A stretch of 60,000 nucleotides of DNA from Vicugna vicugna (Eukaryota): contig MU057887.1 in NCBI GenBank assembly GCA_013265495.1, positions 1,687,985 through 1,747,984 on the forward strand. Direction: 5' to 3'. The translations under genes and the position numbers were made by a program. Below are positions 1-11,989 of the stretch, piece after piece (the first letter of the stretch is position 1; the number at the start of each line of letters is the position of its first letter). The notes under the pieces were generated by a model. The model was given only the letters and a program-made list of their open reading frames with translations, was not told the DNA's origin and ran no database searches.

Positions 1-529
1 GTGGCCTCCAAAGGATTACCCAGCAGCAGCGAGGAGCCTCCTCAGAGCCCCCAGCTAACTTGCCCTGCCTGCTCAGTGGCTCAACTAGGGTCCCAGGGCC
101 ACTGGTGAGGGCGTGCCTTAGCTCTGCACCTGCCAGCCAGCCCTGACTTTGCAGTGGTGTGAGTGGGGTCAGCTTCCCCTGGGCGGCTGGGGGAGGTGTG
201 GTCACTGTGCACAGCCAGGATTCTTCTAGAGAGGTGGAAGGGGGAATGGGCCCTGGGTGGAAGTCTACACCGAACGTCTGTGAGAATGGTCCTGTGGCTT
301 TTCCCATCGACCCCTTCAACACCTTAATAAAGTTACAGGGGTTCCTGGTGTGGGACCATCCTTTCATTCCTGGAGTGAATTCGACTCACGTCTCCTAGTC
401 TGTGGACACCCAGCTGTGTTGTGATCGGCTAAGATTTTATTTTGGGCCTTTTTGTCTGTGAGATTTGTCTGTGTTTCAAGAAGCCCTTTTAGTAATGGGG
501 GTTAATGGAGCGGGGAGACTCTGGGATAG

Positions 530-680
530 GAAGGTCACTTAGTTCCTGTGCCACCACGGCCGAGTCACCTAACTTCTCTGAGGTGGTTCCTCCTCCACTC
601 ATTAGGGTCACAGCCCTAATTAGCTCGAGCTGTTTTGAGGATCGAATGATATACATGGAAGCTCCTTTTGCGCACTAAAG
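530..680 (+). mobile_element. Degenerate MIR SINE
   Basis: gagtcacctaacttctctgag...gctgttttgaggatcgaatgatatacatggaagc resembles the MIR core and 3' part. Confidence 0.5.
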
Positions 681-1923
681 CTCACACCGAGTCGGTACTT
701 TGTCTCAGACTACAGATTTCAGATACCATTTTTGTGGTTTCTTTCATGATGAGAGAGGCGCAGAGAACATTAACGGCCGAGGTGGCTGTCGGCTTTCTTC
801 ATAAACAATAATCAGAAAGCCAGGCTTGCGTGGCAGGAGAGGCCCCGGGAAGACGACTGGTAAACACGGCGTTATTGCTGTTCGGATATGAGGTTCCTGC
901 TTTTCATAATACCCTTAGGGAGCGGGGCAGATCTGATGCTTTCTGAGATTGCTGTAAAATGCAGGCTATTGCCCGCGCCGGCACCCAGTTACGCTGCACT
1001 CACCTTACTGAGACTGCTGTAATTGGAGGCAGATTAGGTGTCAGGACTGTGTGTTTGGTTGATAATGTTACCGACGTCTTCTCTTTAATCACTTCTTTTA
1101 CTCCTAGTGTTAATCATTAGCTCTGAGCTGTTGGGGGAGGAACCTGACGGTGGATCCCTAACTTGAAGACAAAATTACTTCCATTTCCTGGGGATGACTG
1201 AGTGTCACATACCTACACACTGGAGTGGGTTCTCTAGCCATTCAGGGCGTGTGATGGAGACATGTGGGGAGACCCAGAAGGTCTCAGGGGCCCAGGCCCT
1301 GTCACCCCCGTCCAGGCCCCCCGTCCCTGGCCAGTCCTGCCCTCCGCGGCCCTCCCACGGTTTGTAGGTTTGTAGGCAGCGGTGACTTGTACACGTTGGT
1401 GTGCACTGAACCTTCACTGTCCTCGGTGTGTGTACTGTGGCTGCATCCTTAATCAGCGCTGTGCAGACAAGTGCACCCCCACGAGAGCGGGTGCTGCTCA
1501 GGACCAAGCCTGAGAGAGGCCCCTCCCTCCTTAATCAGCGAGCGAGCGGTGGCGGGATGACAGGAAGGAAACGCGTTAAGGGGTTAAGCTGGGGGAGAGG
1601 GCGCGCGGGAGAGACAGAAGGAAGTGGCTGGGGAGAAAGGAGAGATGAAGGGGCCTCCCCTGTCCCAGGGGCTCTGGGACACTTGGGTGCATTTGGTGAA
1701 CAAGTGCCAAGACTTAGGTAGCTTTGTCTGAATAGAGCGGTCGCTTCACTCCTCTCCTCTATTGAGAACAATCCGTACCTGAAATTGTTACCACTTAGGT
1801 TCATTCTGCTTTCATTTCTGGGGCTCCTTGTCCCCTAGTATCCCTGGGGGAGGATGTTACAACACTGGGAGGGTTTACTCACTGTTTGTAAACCCTGTTT
1901 TTCTGTCTCTTTTCTGTCCACAG

Positions 1924-1994
1924 AAGAATTGCGGAGGTTGAGCTGGTCCGGAATCCCAAAGCCGGTGCGCCCCATCACGTGGAAGCTGCTCTCA
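1924..1994 (+). CDS. TBC1D22A: TBC1 domain family member 22A, internal coding exon (71 nt; probable exon 5)
   Basis: Polypyrimidine tract + CAG acceptor (1921-1923), donor TCA|GTAAGT. Phase-1 start encodes (E)ELRRLSWSGIPKPVRPITWKLLS, the start of the TBC domain, matching the TBC1D22A protein as I recall it. In frame with the next exon. Confidence 0.96.
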
Positions 1995-3919
1995 GTAAGT
2001 CCCCCCAGGCCTGCTGCCAGGCGCCGCTTCCTCCCGTGAGGCCAGCTCCCGGGGTCGGCCGGGCTGCGGGCTCCGCGGCCCGGGCACGTGCCCGGTCTCT
2101 GTCGCAGCGAGCGGGGCCTGAGCTGGGGCTAGGATGGCATTTCCCGTCCTTTGCTCAATTTCAAGCTTGGTTTGACAAGGCTGGCAGCAAAGGAGAATAA
2201 GTAATAGTTTATGACAGCTGTGTTCTTTTTCTCTCATTCTGCTATTTTAAAAATCTTTGTAATATTTCTGAACCCGAGACATAGAAAAGTTCCAGCATAG
2301 ATTATTTCAGCCCTGAGGATTCAAACAGGGAAATATTTTTGACCAGCAAGTTTTTTTTTTTTAATTTTTACTTTTTAAAAATACTAGTAATGATGTTAGG
2401 GGAAAAAGAAGTCGTTTGTGTTTCTGTGATGGAGGCTGGAGCTGTGTCTTCCTCACGGCTGGGACCGGAGACTCCTGGGGAAGGTGCTTCGCCCGAGTTC
2501 ATGTCAGAAGGGAGCTTGGCCCTGCTGAACACTTCAGAATGGTTTAGAGACAGCTTTTGTCCCTTCTCTTTTTTTAAAAAAAATATTTTTGCAGCTAAGT
2601 CAGCAGGGAACCCTGCGTGTTTACTCTAAATTGGGCCTGACTTCCAGTATTTAAAAGGCTCTTTCTTGCTAATGAGTCTGGATAAATGTGCAGCTTAGTA
2701 CCTCATAGCCCCCCGTGCAGATGCAGCTCCGAACAGTGGATATTTATGGATGAAACATCCTCTTGCAATTAAAATTAGACCTGTGGTGACTGCTTATGTT
2801 TTTGTTCGGTGTCTTCTGTGTCAAGCGTTTATATCCAGTTTTCCAGACGTCCTCCAAGATAGGTCACGGGCTTTTCCGAGGGGCTTGCAGGAAGTTGTGG
2901 GGAGAGCACCTTTAAGACCCCGTGTTGCAGGTTCGCATATACTAGGGACGTGCTGCATCTGGTGGAAAGCCTCATGTGAGTCATTTCGTCCTGTTCCTTC
3001 CTTAGTTCTCTGTCTCTGTGGGTCCTGGTTTAGATCCCCTGACGTGCTGCCCAGTGAGTGACTTGGGAAAGGGCCTCCTGGGAGTCTGCGGACACAGGAG
3101 CAAAAGGGGGGGTGACAGAGGCTCCACTTCACTGGTTTGCGGGGGAGGGGGTCGAGTCTGTAACCAGGAATGCTGGGAGTGCAGGTGACAGGAAGTCCGG
3201 CCTTCTCAGGCTTGTTTACCCATTTAACTGCCACTAATTACAGGGCCCTTTGCCCGGTGGTGGGGTGCGGCAGACACTGGCCCACCTCTGGGGGTGCGGC
3301 AGGGTCTGGGGGCCACGTGCTGTGGGACGTTCGGGACGCAGGCGGGCCCTGTGGGTGAGAGGGGGGCACGTGTCTGGGGGAGGAGGCTTCTCTCCGGGTC
3401 TGCAGGTGGTGGCTGGTGGGCGGGAGGGGAGGAGGGGCAGTTCTGACTCCTAGGCTTGTGTTGATGGATAAGCAAGAAAAAAGTGTTGGGATCAGTGAAC
3501 AGAGCCTGTCCTTCCAAAGGGTGGGGCACCAAAAAGGGGTGGCCGTCCCCGGGCGGTGCAGACGCGCAGAATGGCGGGCAGGGCTTCCTGGAGACAGTGG
3601 GATGCCTTCTCGGAGGCTGTGTCCGTGTTCCCTGGGTCAGGCAGGTGGGGAGGTCACGTGACCCGTGGAGGGGGCAGTGGGGGTGTAGGGCCGGCAGGGG
3701 TCGAGGCCGAGGTGAGCTGGCTCCCCAGGAACCAGCAGGCTGACCACTTGGCTGAGGAGGGAATGAGGAGCCTGGGGTCGCTGGGTTGGGGGAGGCCAGG
3801 TGCTCAGGGGCCAGGGGCACATTGCTTGGGCTGCACCCTGAGGGAGCAACGTGAGGGAGAGATGAGGCTGTGCTTCTGGGAGACTCAGGCCTGGAGCCCG
3901 TTGCAAGGGCCATTGGTTG

Positions 3920-4040
3920 GTTCATCCATTCATCAGATCAGTACTTACTGGGCGCTTTCTGTGTCTCAGGCACCGTTGGTGCTGGGAGGTAGCAGGGAAG
4001 GCAGAAACGACGCAGTGCCTGTCCCTCACGGGGCCTGCAG
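3920..4040 (-). mobile_element. L2 LINE 3' end fragment
   Basis: ttcatccattcatcagatcagtacttactgggcgctttctgtgtctcaggcacc...cctgtccctcacggggc matches the antisense L2 3' terminus pattern. A second short piece lies at about 4195-4235 (aagcatttattgagtgcttgctgtgtgcag). Confidence 0.65.
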
Positions 4041-6624
4041 AAAAGGATGGAGTCCCTGCTCTCCTCTGACGCCCCCAGGACAGGGCTGGGTCTTGCCACT
4101 CGGAAGCAGTCCGTCCTCTCAATCCTCTCAGGAGTCTGTGTCCCCAGTGCACTGCTCACGCCAGGTCTCTTCCTTCGCTTTTTTGCTTGTCATATAAGCA
4201 TTTATTGAGTGCTTGCTGTGTGCAGACTGTGCCCATGCAAGAGGATCCATGGACGCGGTGGTCTGAGTGCAGAGTGCGCGAGCAGGCAGTCAGTTAGGGT
4301 AGTTCCTGACTGTGCTGGAGGAGGAAGAGGTGCTGGGTGTGAGGGGGCTGCTCCCGAGTGCCCCTTGGGAGGGGCTAGAGCCGGGGCATGGAGAACAGGG
4401 AGGGAGGAGCGGCCGGGGCTGCAGGTGTGGGCGGCACTCAGCAGCTGGAGGAGGAATCCAGCCTGGGTGCCGCGGACCTGTGCTCCCTGGCCGCCCCGCT
4501 CTGGGCCCACGCAGGCCGGCAGTGATGCTGTGGGGGTACGGCCGGGCTCTGGGCGTCCAGGGGAGGGAACCCAGCTGGTTGAGGGGTGCTAGTCACACGT
4601 GATGGTCGGAGGGCGGGACCGTGGGGCCGCCGCCTCTGGCCCCGTCAGCACCAGCCAGGAGCGCGCTCACCCGCCTCTCTGCTCGTCCTCTGGTTGCTCC
4701 CTGGCGCGGCCTAAGCACGTGATGGGAGGTTTCGCGCGTACAGCGAATGATGTTCCTCCCGCATCCCTGATTCTGCAGGTGTTTCTCACGCGTCTGTCCT
4801 TGGCTGGACCCTTTGCAAGTGCCAGGCCCGAGGGTATCGTGGAGAATGGTGGGGAGGAAGCCCTGTGGGCTCTTTGGGACATGAGGGGTGTGGACAGGGG
4901 TCTCTGAATCTGAGGCCCGCGCACCCCTCTCCCTGGGAAGCTTCTGCAGACCCTGACTTCCAGGCTCCGGAAGTGGACCCGGGTCGGGTGGCCTGAGCCG
5001 TCGGGGTTTGTGCCACTGTGGCACACTGTGACCCAGGGTCTGCAGAGCCCCTGCCCCAGGCCCGGTAGGGGTCAAGGGAGCAGCACAGATGAGGGCCCCC
5101 TCCTGCCCTGTGGTTTTTCATCCTGGGTCCACATTTGTGTCACCTGGGGAGCTGAGGTTCCCTGGGGGTTCTCACACGTGCCCAGGGTTGGGGACCGCTG
5201 CCCTAGGACACCCAGGCCCCACGTGGGACAGGGCAGGGCTCTGAAGGCAGCACCCCTGGGCTGAGTGCCCGGGCAGGGGAGCCGCTGGGCCTGACTCACC
5301 GAGAGCACGCTGTCCAGGGGCTCGGCTGTGGGGCCGGAGGGCGGGATGTCCCAGCTCACTCTGCGCCTGGGCTCCGGAGCCTCAGCGTGGAACCCGAGAT
5401 CGGGAGGAACTTACCCTTTGTCCACTTTGAAAAGACAAGCCAGCACAGCTGCACTTGGGCGGGAGTCTCTTTCAAGACCTGGCCGACAAGAGCTGTGCTC
5501 AGGGTTTGTCGGTAACGCAGTCCCTGAGGCTCGTCGACGAGCTCTGTCTGAACTGACGGGAGGAGGTGCTCCTGTCGTGAAGGAAGGTGAGGACCTTGGC
5601 TCTTGTAACTGAGGGAGAACGAGCCCGGACTCTAGTCTAGCACTTACCGTTAAACTCCATTAACGCTGCTGAACGCCGAAGTTCCACGCAAGCAGTGCAG
5701 CGACTTTTAAGAATTAGTGCTGCAGAGTACCATATTTTTGGCTCTTTTTAAAAGTAACTGTTCAGAGACATCGACCAGAGACCCAGTAAACATCCGATGT
5801 TTGTGCGAGTCAGCAGAATGGTTAAAAACGGTAAGTTGGCTCTGGTGTCGTCTCTCCTTCTGTGTTGGGGCGGGTTGCACGTGAACCCGGGAGGAGGGAG
5901 TGACGCGACGTTTGTGTCGCCGGGAATTTCGGTACAGGCCTTCTCACGCACTGTGTTACGTTTATGATTAGTGTTTTTATAGCATGCTAATACAGCAATT
6001 AGGTTTTCTGTGGTTCTGTCATTTAAAATTCATTGCATACGTGAGTATGTTTCATTTGCATAATTCCCAGTCTCACTGAATTGTCTGGAGACCTCGACTT
6101 GCGTGTGTGTTTCCCTTTAGGGATGGGGGCGTCAGGAGGACGTGGGGGCTCTTCCCACTTTGACACACCTGCTTTCAGGGCTTCCTTTTCAGTACGTCAG
6201 TTAATTAGGGGTGGCGAGAATCTGGGTACTTGTTCACCTTCACTAAGAATCTGCTGGCGGTGCCGCAGGGGGTCTGCATGAGGCTGTCCACACCTGCCCC
6301 GGCTTACACCTCGTGGCGGCCCACAGCCCTGGCCCGGCGCACAGGGCCTGCTGCCCCGGCTGCTGCCGACCTGTCCACGCCCCTCCTCTGCCAAGGCTTG
6401 CTCAGGCCAGCCTGGACGCATGTCCCTGCGTGCTCCACATGGCTCTGCCACTTTCTCAGTGCATCTGTGTCTCTCTCCCTCCTCCTCCATCGCCCATCAG
6501 ACCCAGCCCAGAACAGTATGCAAGCTAGTCCTTCTTGGTCACCAGTTAGCGCAGACCTGTCCCCCTGGCCTCCCAGGGCGGGGCCCTCCCTGGGGTGTGA
6601 CAGTGTCATTGCACATCTGCTGAC

Positions 6625-7020
6625 ATCCATTCACTCACCAAGTATCTGCAGAGCATCTGTTGTGTCTAGACACTGCTCTGAGCCCTTGGCAGGCGTCTGT
6701 GGACAGAAGAGGTGAAGACGCCTGCCCTGATGGGGCTTGTATTTTAGTGGAGGGAGATGAGCAGTAAACTGTGTAAGTCAACTTTCCAGTGTCTTAGAAG
6801 GTGCTAGTGCCGCAGAAGGAACATGAACACGGAAGCAGGAGGTCTGAGGACGAGGGTGGTGCCGGGGCGGCGGCCTCTGAGCAGCGAGTTGGGGAGGGGA
6901 GGGGCTGGGCCATGCAGGCGTCCGGGGAGGCGAGTTCAGGTTCATCCAGTCTTTGGGGAGGAATGTGTTGATTCCAGCACTGTGTGTCCTGTGGGATGTG
7001 GTGTGGGCCAGACGGCCCTG
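6625..7020 (-). mobile_element. L2 (L2a-like) 3' fragment
   Basis: catccattcactcaccaagtatctgcagagcatctgttgtgtctagacactgctctgagc...cctgccctgatggggcttgtattttagtggagggaga is a typical antisense L2 3' end. Confidence 0.7.
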
Positions 7021-7091
7021 GGGAAGGGAGTGGAGCCCTGACGCTGGAGGGTGATCACCAGTAACAAGAAGGGCCCCTTGGCTCTGCTGCA

Positions 7092-7139
7092 CAGAGGAGA
7101 GTGGGCGCCGGGCAGCAGAGGAGAGTGGGCGCCGGGCAG
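7092..7139. repeat. Perfect 24-bp tandem duplication
   Basis: CAGAGGAGAGTGGGCGCCGGGCAG x2 (7092-7115, 7116-7139). Confidence 0.95.
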
Positions 7140-8149
7140 TGGACGCCCCTGAGGGAGGCTCAGACCCGAGGAGCAGGAGGCGGCCGTGCAGGGGTGGAGA
7201 TGAGGGCTGGCCCGCCTGGGCATCTGGTCCAGCGAGGGAAGATGCTTAGCCTCGTCAGTCATTTGGGAAGTGACCTTAAATCCGCTGGACAGAATGGCTG
7301 AAATCTAGATTGACAATACAGAGCGTTAGGGAGCAGGTGGGAGGGGCATCAGCGACCCGGGATGGGGGAGGGCAGCGGCCCCGCTTCTCCTGGCCGGGAG
7401 GATGGGGCTGGACCGCAGAGGGCCCTGGGGACTGCTGTGGGGCGATGGGGCGCTCTGATTGTCCCCTTTGCCCGATGTCCCAGAACTGCTTACTCAGAAG
7501 AGGCCCCTTTTGTTTTATGTATGATCTGGCAGTGCTGTTGACTTAAAAGTACAAAATACAAGACGGGAGTCTGGCCTCTTCACGGCCACCCTGTGCTGCC
7601 AGACCCCTTCTGGATGTGTCTCTTTAGGTGTGGGGCCTGTGGCTGCCAAAAGCACAGCAGTGCCTGGAGGGAAGGGGCGTACGGACGTCTGGGTGTGTAC
7701 ACACGTGTGCATACGTGTGCATGTGGTCTGCATGGACGCTAACGCCTGTGTGCGCACACGCTCAGTGGTCGTGGGGCCTGCAGACTTCGGGCTCTCAGTG
7801 GTGAGGCGGTTAGAGGAGGCTGGTTCTGCCTGTCAGCCGTGCTTTAGAAACGCGTTCAACACCAGCTGCCCCGGCCCCCACCGCGTCTGGCCTGGCCGCA
7901 GGGGAAGGTTGGTCTCCTGGGCTGAGCCGCCGTGCCTGAGCCCAGCCTCATGTCCTGCTGCCGGCGGGGAGAGGGGTGCCCGCTGCTGTGCTCAGCTGCC
8001 GCCTCCCTGTGTCCCTTTCTTTTCTCGCAGCTCGTTTTTCCTCCCCTGGGTGAGATTTCAGAGCGCCACGCTCGTTTAAGGTGTGAGCTTTTTAACTTCA
8101 GACTTCCAGTAGAGACTCCATGGATCACCATTAAACTTAGTACTTTGTT

Positions 8150-8247
8150 TTTGTTTTTGTTGATTGATTGAAGTATAGTCGGTTACAATGTGTCAGTTTC
8201 CGATGTACAGCACAATGTCCCAGTCATGCGTATACACACATGTATGT
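8150..8247 (-). mobile_element. Short 3' end of a young camelid/artiodactyl L1 with T-rich tail
   Basis: ttgattgaagtatagtcggttacaatgtgtcagtttccgatgtacagcacaatgtcccagtcatgc, highly similar to the copy at about 37750-37830. Candidate TSD CTTTGTT at 8143-8149 and 8248-8254. Confidence 0.8.
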
Positions 8248-8271
8248 CTTTGTTGTTTTTTTCTCACCCAG

Positions 8272-8400
8272 GGTTACCTTCCTGCCAACGTTGACCGAAG
8301 ACCAGCCACTCTCCAAAGAAAACAGAAAGAGTATTTTGCCTTTATTGATCACTATTACGATTCTCGGAATGACGAAGTTCACCAGGACACCTACAGACAG
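8272..8400 (+). CDS. TBC1D22A: TBC1D22A internal coding exon (129 nt; probable exon 6)
   Basis: ttttttctcacccAG acceptor, CAG|GTGGGG donor. Encodes GYLPANVDRRPATLQRKQKEYFAFIDHYYDSRNDEVHQDTYRQ (visible in ORF 8188..8451). Phase 0-0. Confidence 0.97.
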
Positions 8401-11400
8401 GTGGGGCCGCTCTTTCCGTCTTGTGTTACTTGCAGTGCTCTGACTTGGTGAGGTCTTGCTGAGGGAAACCAGATCTTTATTTTCTGATAAAGAAGTAAAT
8501 TTGAAAGCGAATAGCGGTGAGTTTCTTCTGATAGTGGGACCTTGTTTACCTCCAGTTCCTTCTGCCGAAGGGGAAAGGGCGTGTTTAACGAGAGGCACGC
8601 AGCTGACAGCCGAGACCCAGGCAGAGCGCCGGGATCTGCATCCCCGGTGGGGACATGCCTTGCGGCTCATGAGCTGCTGTCTGCCCGGAAGGTCGGGAGC
8701 AGACGGTGTCTGGATCGGGTCAGACGAGTGACCCCACTGGGCCCCGTGGGCACTGTCCCCCGCTGCAGTTAGGGACGGGATGTCGGCACAGGAGAGCTGT
8801 GCTGGCCGGCTGGGCCCCAGGGAGACGCGGTTCAGTTCATAGGAGAAGTGTAGCCAGCTTATAATTTTGCTTTTTCGTTGAATACAAAATGGATGTAATT
8901 ATGGCCTTGAATGGTCCGTTGACAGTCCGTGTGCGTAATGGGAAAAATACTTAAAGCTGATTTACAGCTCACAGTGCGCCCAGGACTTGCCGTTAGAACG
9001 GCTCAAGCCTTCGTGATTCCCACTGTCTTCGTAACATGTGAGGAGTGAGAATGGCTTGTGCTGCAGTTTAGCAAAGCGCTCGGTGTTCGCTGGTAGCACC
9101 GCCTCATTTTTCTAAAATGAACTTCTGGTTTTCCTGAGACTGGTCAGTGTTTCCTTTTGGAAACCCCCCTCTAGGTGAAGGAGATTTGCCAGATTTTTCT
9201 ACCTCAGATGTGAGTGAGCCACCTCTCTCTGCCGGTTTAGTACATGCTGTGAAAAAGGGCCAAAGACGGGCCTTCCCTCTGATTGATCATCTGGGGTTCC
9301 TTAAGTTCCACGGGCTCTTGGGAAGCCCCTTCCCAACACGGGTGCCGCGGGAGCTCTGGGGGAGGAGTGTCTGGCTTAGGCGTGAGGAGCAGGCAGATGG
9401 GGCCGCGGGCCCCTCCGCCTCTGCCCATGCTCCCTCCGCTGGACTTGGCCTCCGTCTCACACCTGGCGGCTCCCGGGCCACACGGAACTGCCACCTGTCA
9501 CCCTGGGAAACTGACTTGAGACAGATCGCACTTGCATTTGGTTGGGGAAGTGTTAGCTCCCCTGGTTTACCTTCTCACCTCACTGGTTTTCAGGGGTGGG
9601 TAAACTTTGGATTGTTTTGAATGTGTTTTTGATGTGTTTTTATTCAAGAAAAAGACGTCCAAAGGCTGACAGAAGCATCTATCTGCAAGATTTACCAAGC
9701 TGCATTCTAGTATGAATTTCTTAAGGGAAAGTTAATTAAAAACGGGCTGCATACATCTTTATTTGGTTACTGTGATAGGTAACAAAAAGCTCCCATATTA
9801 TTGTGAATTCCCCAAATGTTCCTACATTAATATAATTGAGAAAAATGGAAGCCATGGTGGTGTTTCCACGGGCCCGCTTGCTTTGTGCGGAGCACACGTG
9901 CCCCCTGGACGTGGACCCTGTGCGGTCCAGCCGCGGCCGATCCAGGCTCACCGTTAGGTCAGAGTGGACTGGCCTGGGTGTGGGGCTGGGGCACCCTGGT
10001 CTCTCCCCACTGCCCACTCGCGGTGTTTGACCCATAGACAGACCTTGGCCTACCATCACCCCGAGGGGTGTGGCCCGGCCCTCCCACAGCACTGGGGGCC
10101 GCCTCCCCCATACCTCTCTTGTCCTCTCTTCCTTTGGGTTTTGTGTTTCCTCTTTGGATGAAAATGCCGTGTCCAAAGCACACAGTCAGTCAGAGCTACA
10201 GATTCATCTGGGGTGTCCTCCCCGCTCTGCGGGTTCTGCAGATGTCGTGGCCGTCCTGACTTGCCCGGTCCTGGGCTTGAGGGCGGGCAGGTGGTCTGGA
10301 GGGTGCCACGAGCACCCTCTGTCAGATGGGCTGTGCTGGCCCCTGGCTTGCCCAGGGCAGACGTGCGCCCATGTGACTGTCATTGCGTGGGAACGCTGAG
10401 CTGAGCGTGGCCCTGGAGGACGCCCTGGTGAAGGGGGTGAGGTCGGGGGGTTCTGAGCTCCTGCAGGTGGCCTGCTGCAGTCTTCTGACCCCACCAGGCT
10501 GGAACGCTCCCTCCCCTTGTCCTCCAGGTCTCCTTCACACGTCAGCGCCGCCTGCCCGGCTCAGCGCTTGCCTCCTTGCGCAGAGAGGGTGAGGACGGTT
10601 GTCTCTGGCGCTCCTTCAGTGTCCTCTCTTCACCGCTCTGACTTTCCTCTCCACTTGCTTTCATTGCTGCCTCGCGGTCCCTGTTCCTTGAACACTTCAG
10701 TCTGCGGGCTCCTCATCCAGAGCAGGCCCATGTCCTCCCTTAGTACCACTGAGGGGCTGCTGACCCCCAGGTCACACAGCCGGCACCTGATGGACGAGCG
10801 TGCTGGGCCCCAGGGCCAGCCATGTGCTGGGGCCGCAGGCTAGCGGGGCCGCGAGGAGGCCCTCAGGCCTCGGGGGTGTCGGAGCTCTTGTGTCATGAGC
10901 AAGGACTGGGTGACAGTCTGGACTGTGGGCCCCCCACGGCACTGAAACGTGCCTGTCTCCCCAGCCTGTGCGGGCCGTGCTCCAGGTGGACGGGGACAGT
11001 GCCAGCGCTGGCGGGGCGGGCTGTTCGCGTGGGACACCAGTGCTGGTCCCGCGTGTTCTGCCCTGGTTGCCTCCTGAACCCGCGGGTGTGGGGGTCAGGC
11101 GGGGATCAGCTGATTCTTCCAGAGGTTTGGAAATGCTTCCTTTGAAAAGCATCCAGGATTCCCCAAGGGCTTTGTAAAGTGGAGAAAAACGTGGTCTGGG
11201 TGCCAGGACGAAGCTGTCAACAGCGGAAACCTTGTACTATTGATGGACTTGAATTGCTCCCCGCGTCCGAGGCTGGAAATCAATGTTTACTAATTGCTAT
11301 GGATTATGTTCCTAAGTAGCCGAGGACCCGCTCCATTCCCCATCATGCAACGGCTGCTGTTGGCTGGGACGCTCAGCCCAGCCTGTCCTGCTGGGACTGG

Positions 11401-11587
11401 GCCCCTCAGGTGGAGCCTGCCTTCTCCCCCCCAGTGCACAGGCAGCCTAGAGGCCAGTGTGTCCAGAGAGCAGGTTCGGATCCGGAGGAAACCCCTTGTG
11501 GTTACTAAGTTCTGCTCTTGTCATCTTAGTGCTTGTGGTGATGTTCACCGTCTTTTAAAATCCATGTGTCTTTCTCCCCATCTGCAG

Positions 11588-11650
11588 ATCCACATAGACA
11601 TCCCTCGAATGAGCCCCGAAGCGTTGATCCTTCAGCCCAAAGTGACGGAG
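11588..11650 (+). CDS. TBC1D22A: TBC1D22A internal coding exon (63 nt; probable exon 7) with arginine finger IxxDxxR
   Basis: tctttctccccatctgcAG acceptor, GAG|GTAAGA donor. Encodes IHIDIPRMSPEALILQPKVTE. Phase 0-0. Confidence 0.97.
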
Positions 11651-11989
11651 GTAAGAGCGGGGTCCGCACGCTGTTGTGGAGGGTGCGTCCCTTCGTGGGG
11701 GAGGTCGGCACCCACGGTCCTGGCGGCTTTCCCCGCGGCAAGTGGGGTGGCCCCTGGGTACGTCAGCGCCCCTAGGAATCACTGGTGTTCTTCAGCCGTT
11801 GTGACAGTGCTGTGTGGTGTGCTGTGTGTGTGGGGGACACTCACGGATCCGCCCAGGCTGGGACCGAGAACCCGCTCAGTCTGACCGGCAGTGTTGAGGC
11901 CGCCCGGGTTCTCCAGGCCCGTCCCTGGAGGCTGGCCGCTCTCCTGACTCAGGTTTGTGGCTCTTCACGCCTCTAATGTGTGTCCCGGG

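Noticed and set aside
5642..5836. 10-bp inverted repeat ACTTACCGTT...AACGGTAAGT suggesting a MITE
   Set aside because: Several such 10-bp pairs within 200 bp are expected by chance in 60 kb, and I recognise no family TIR.
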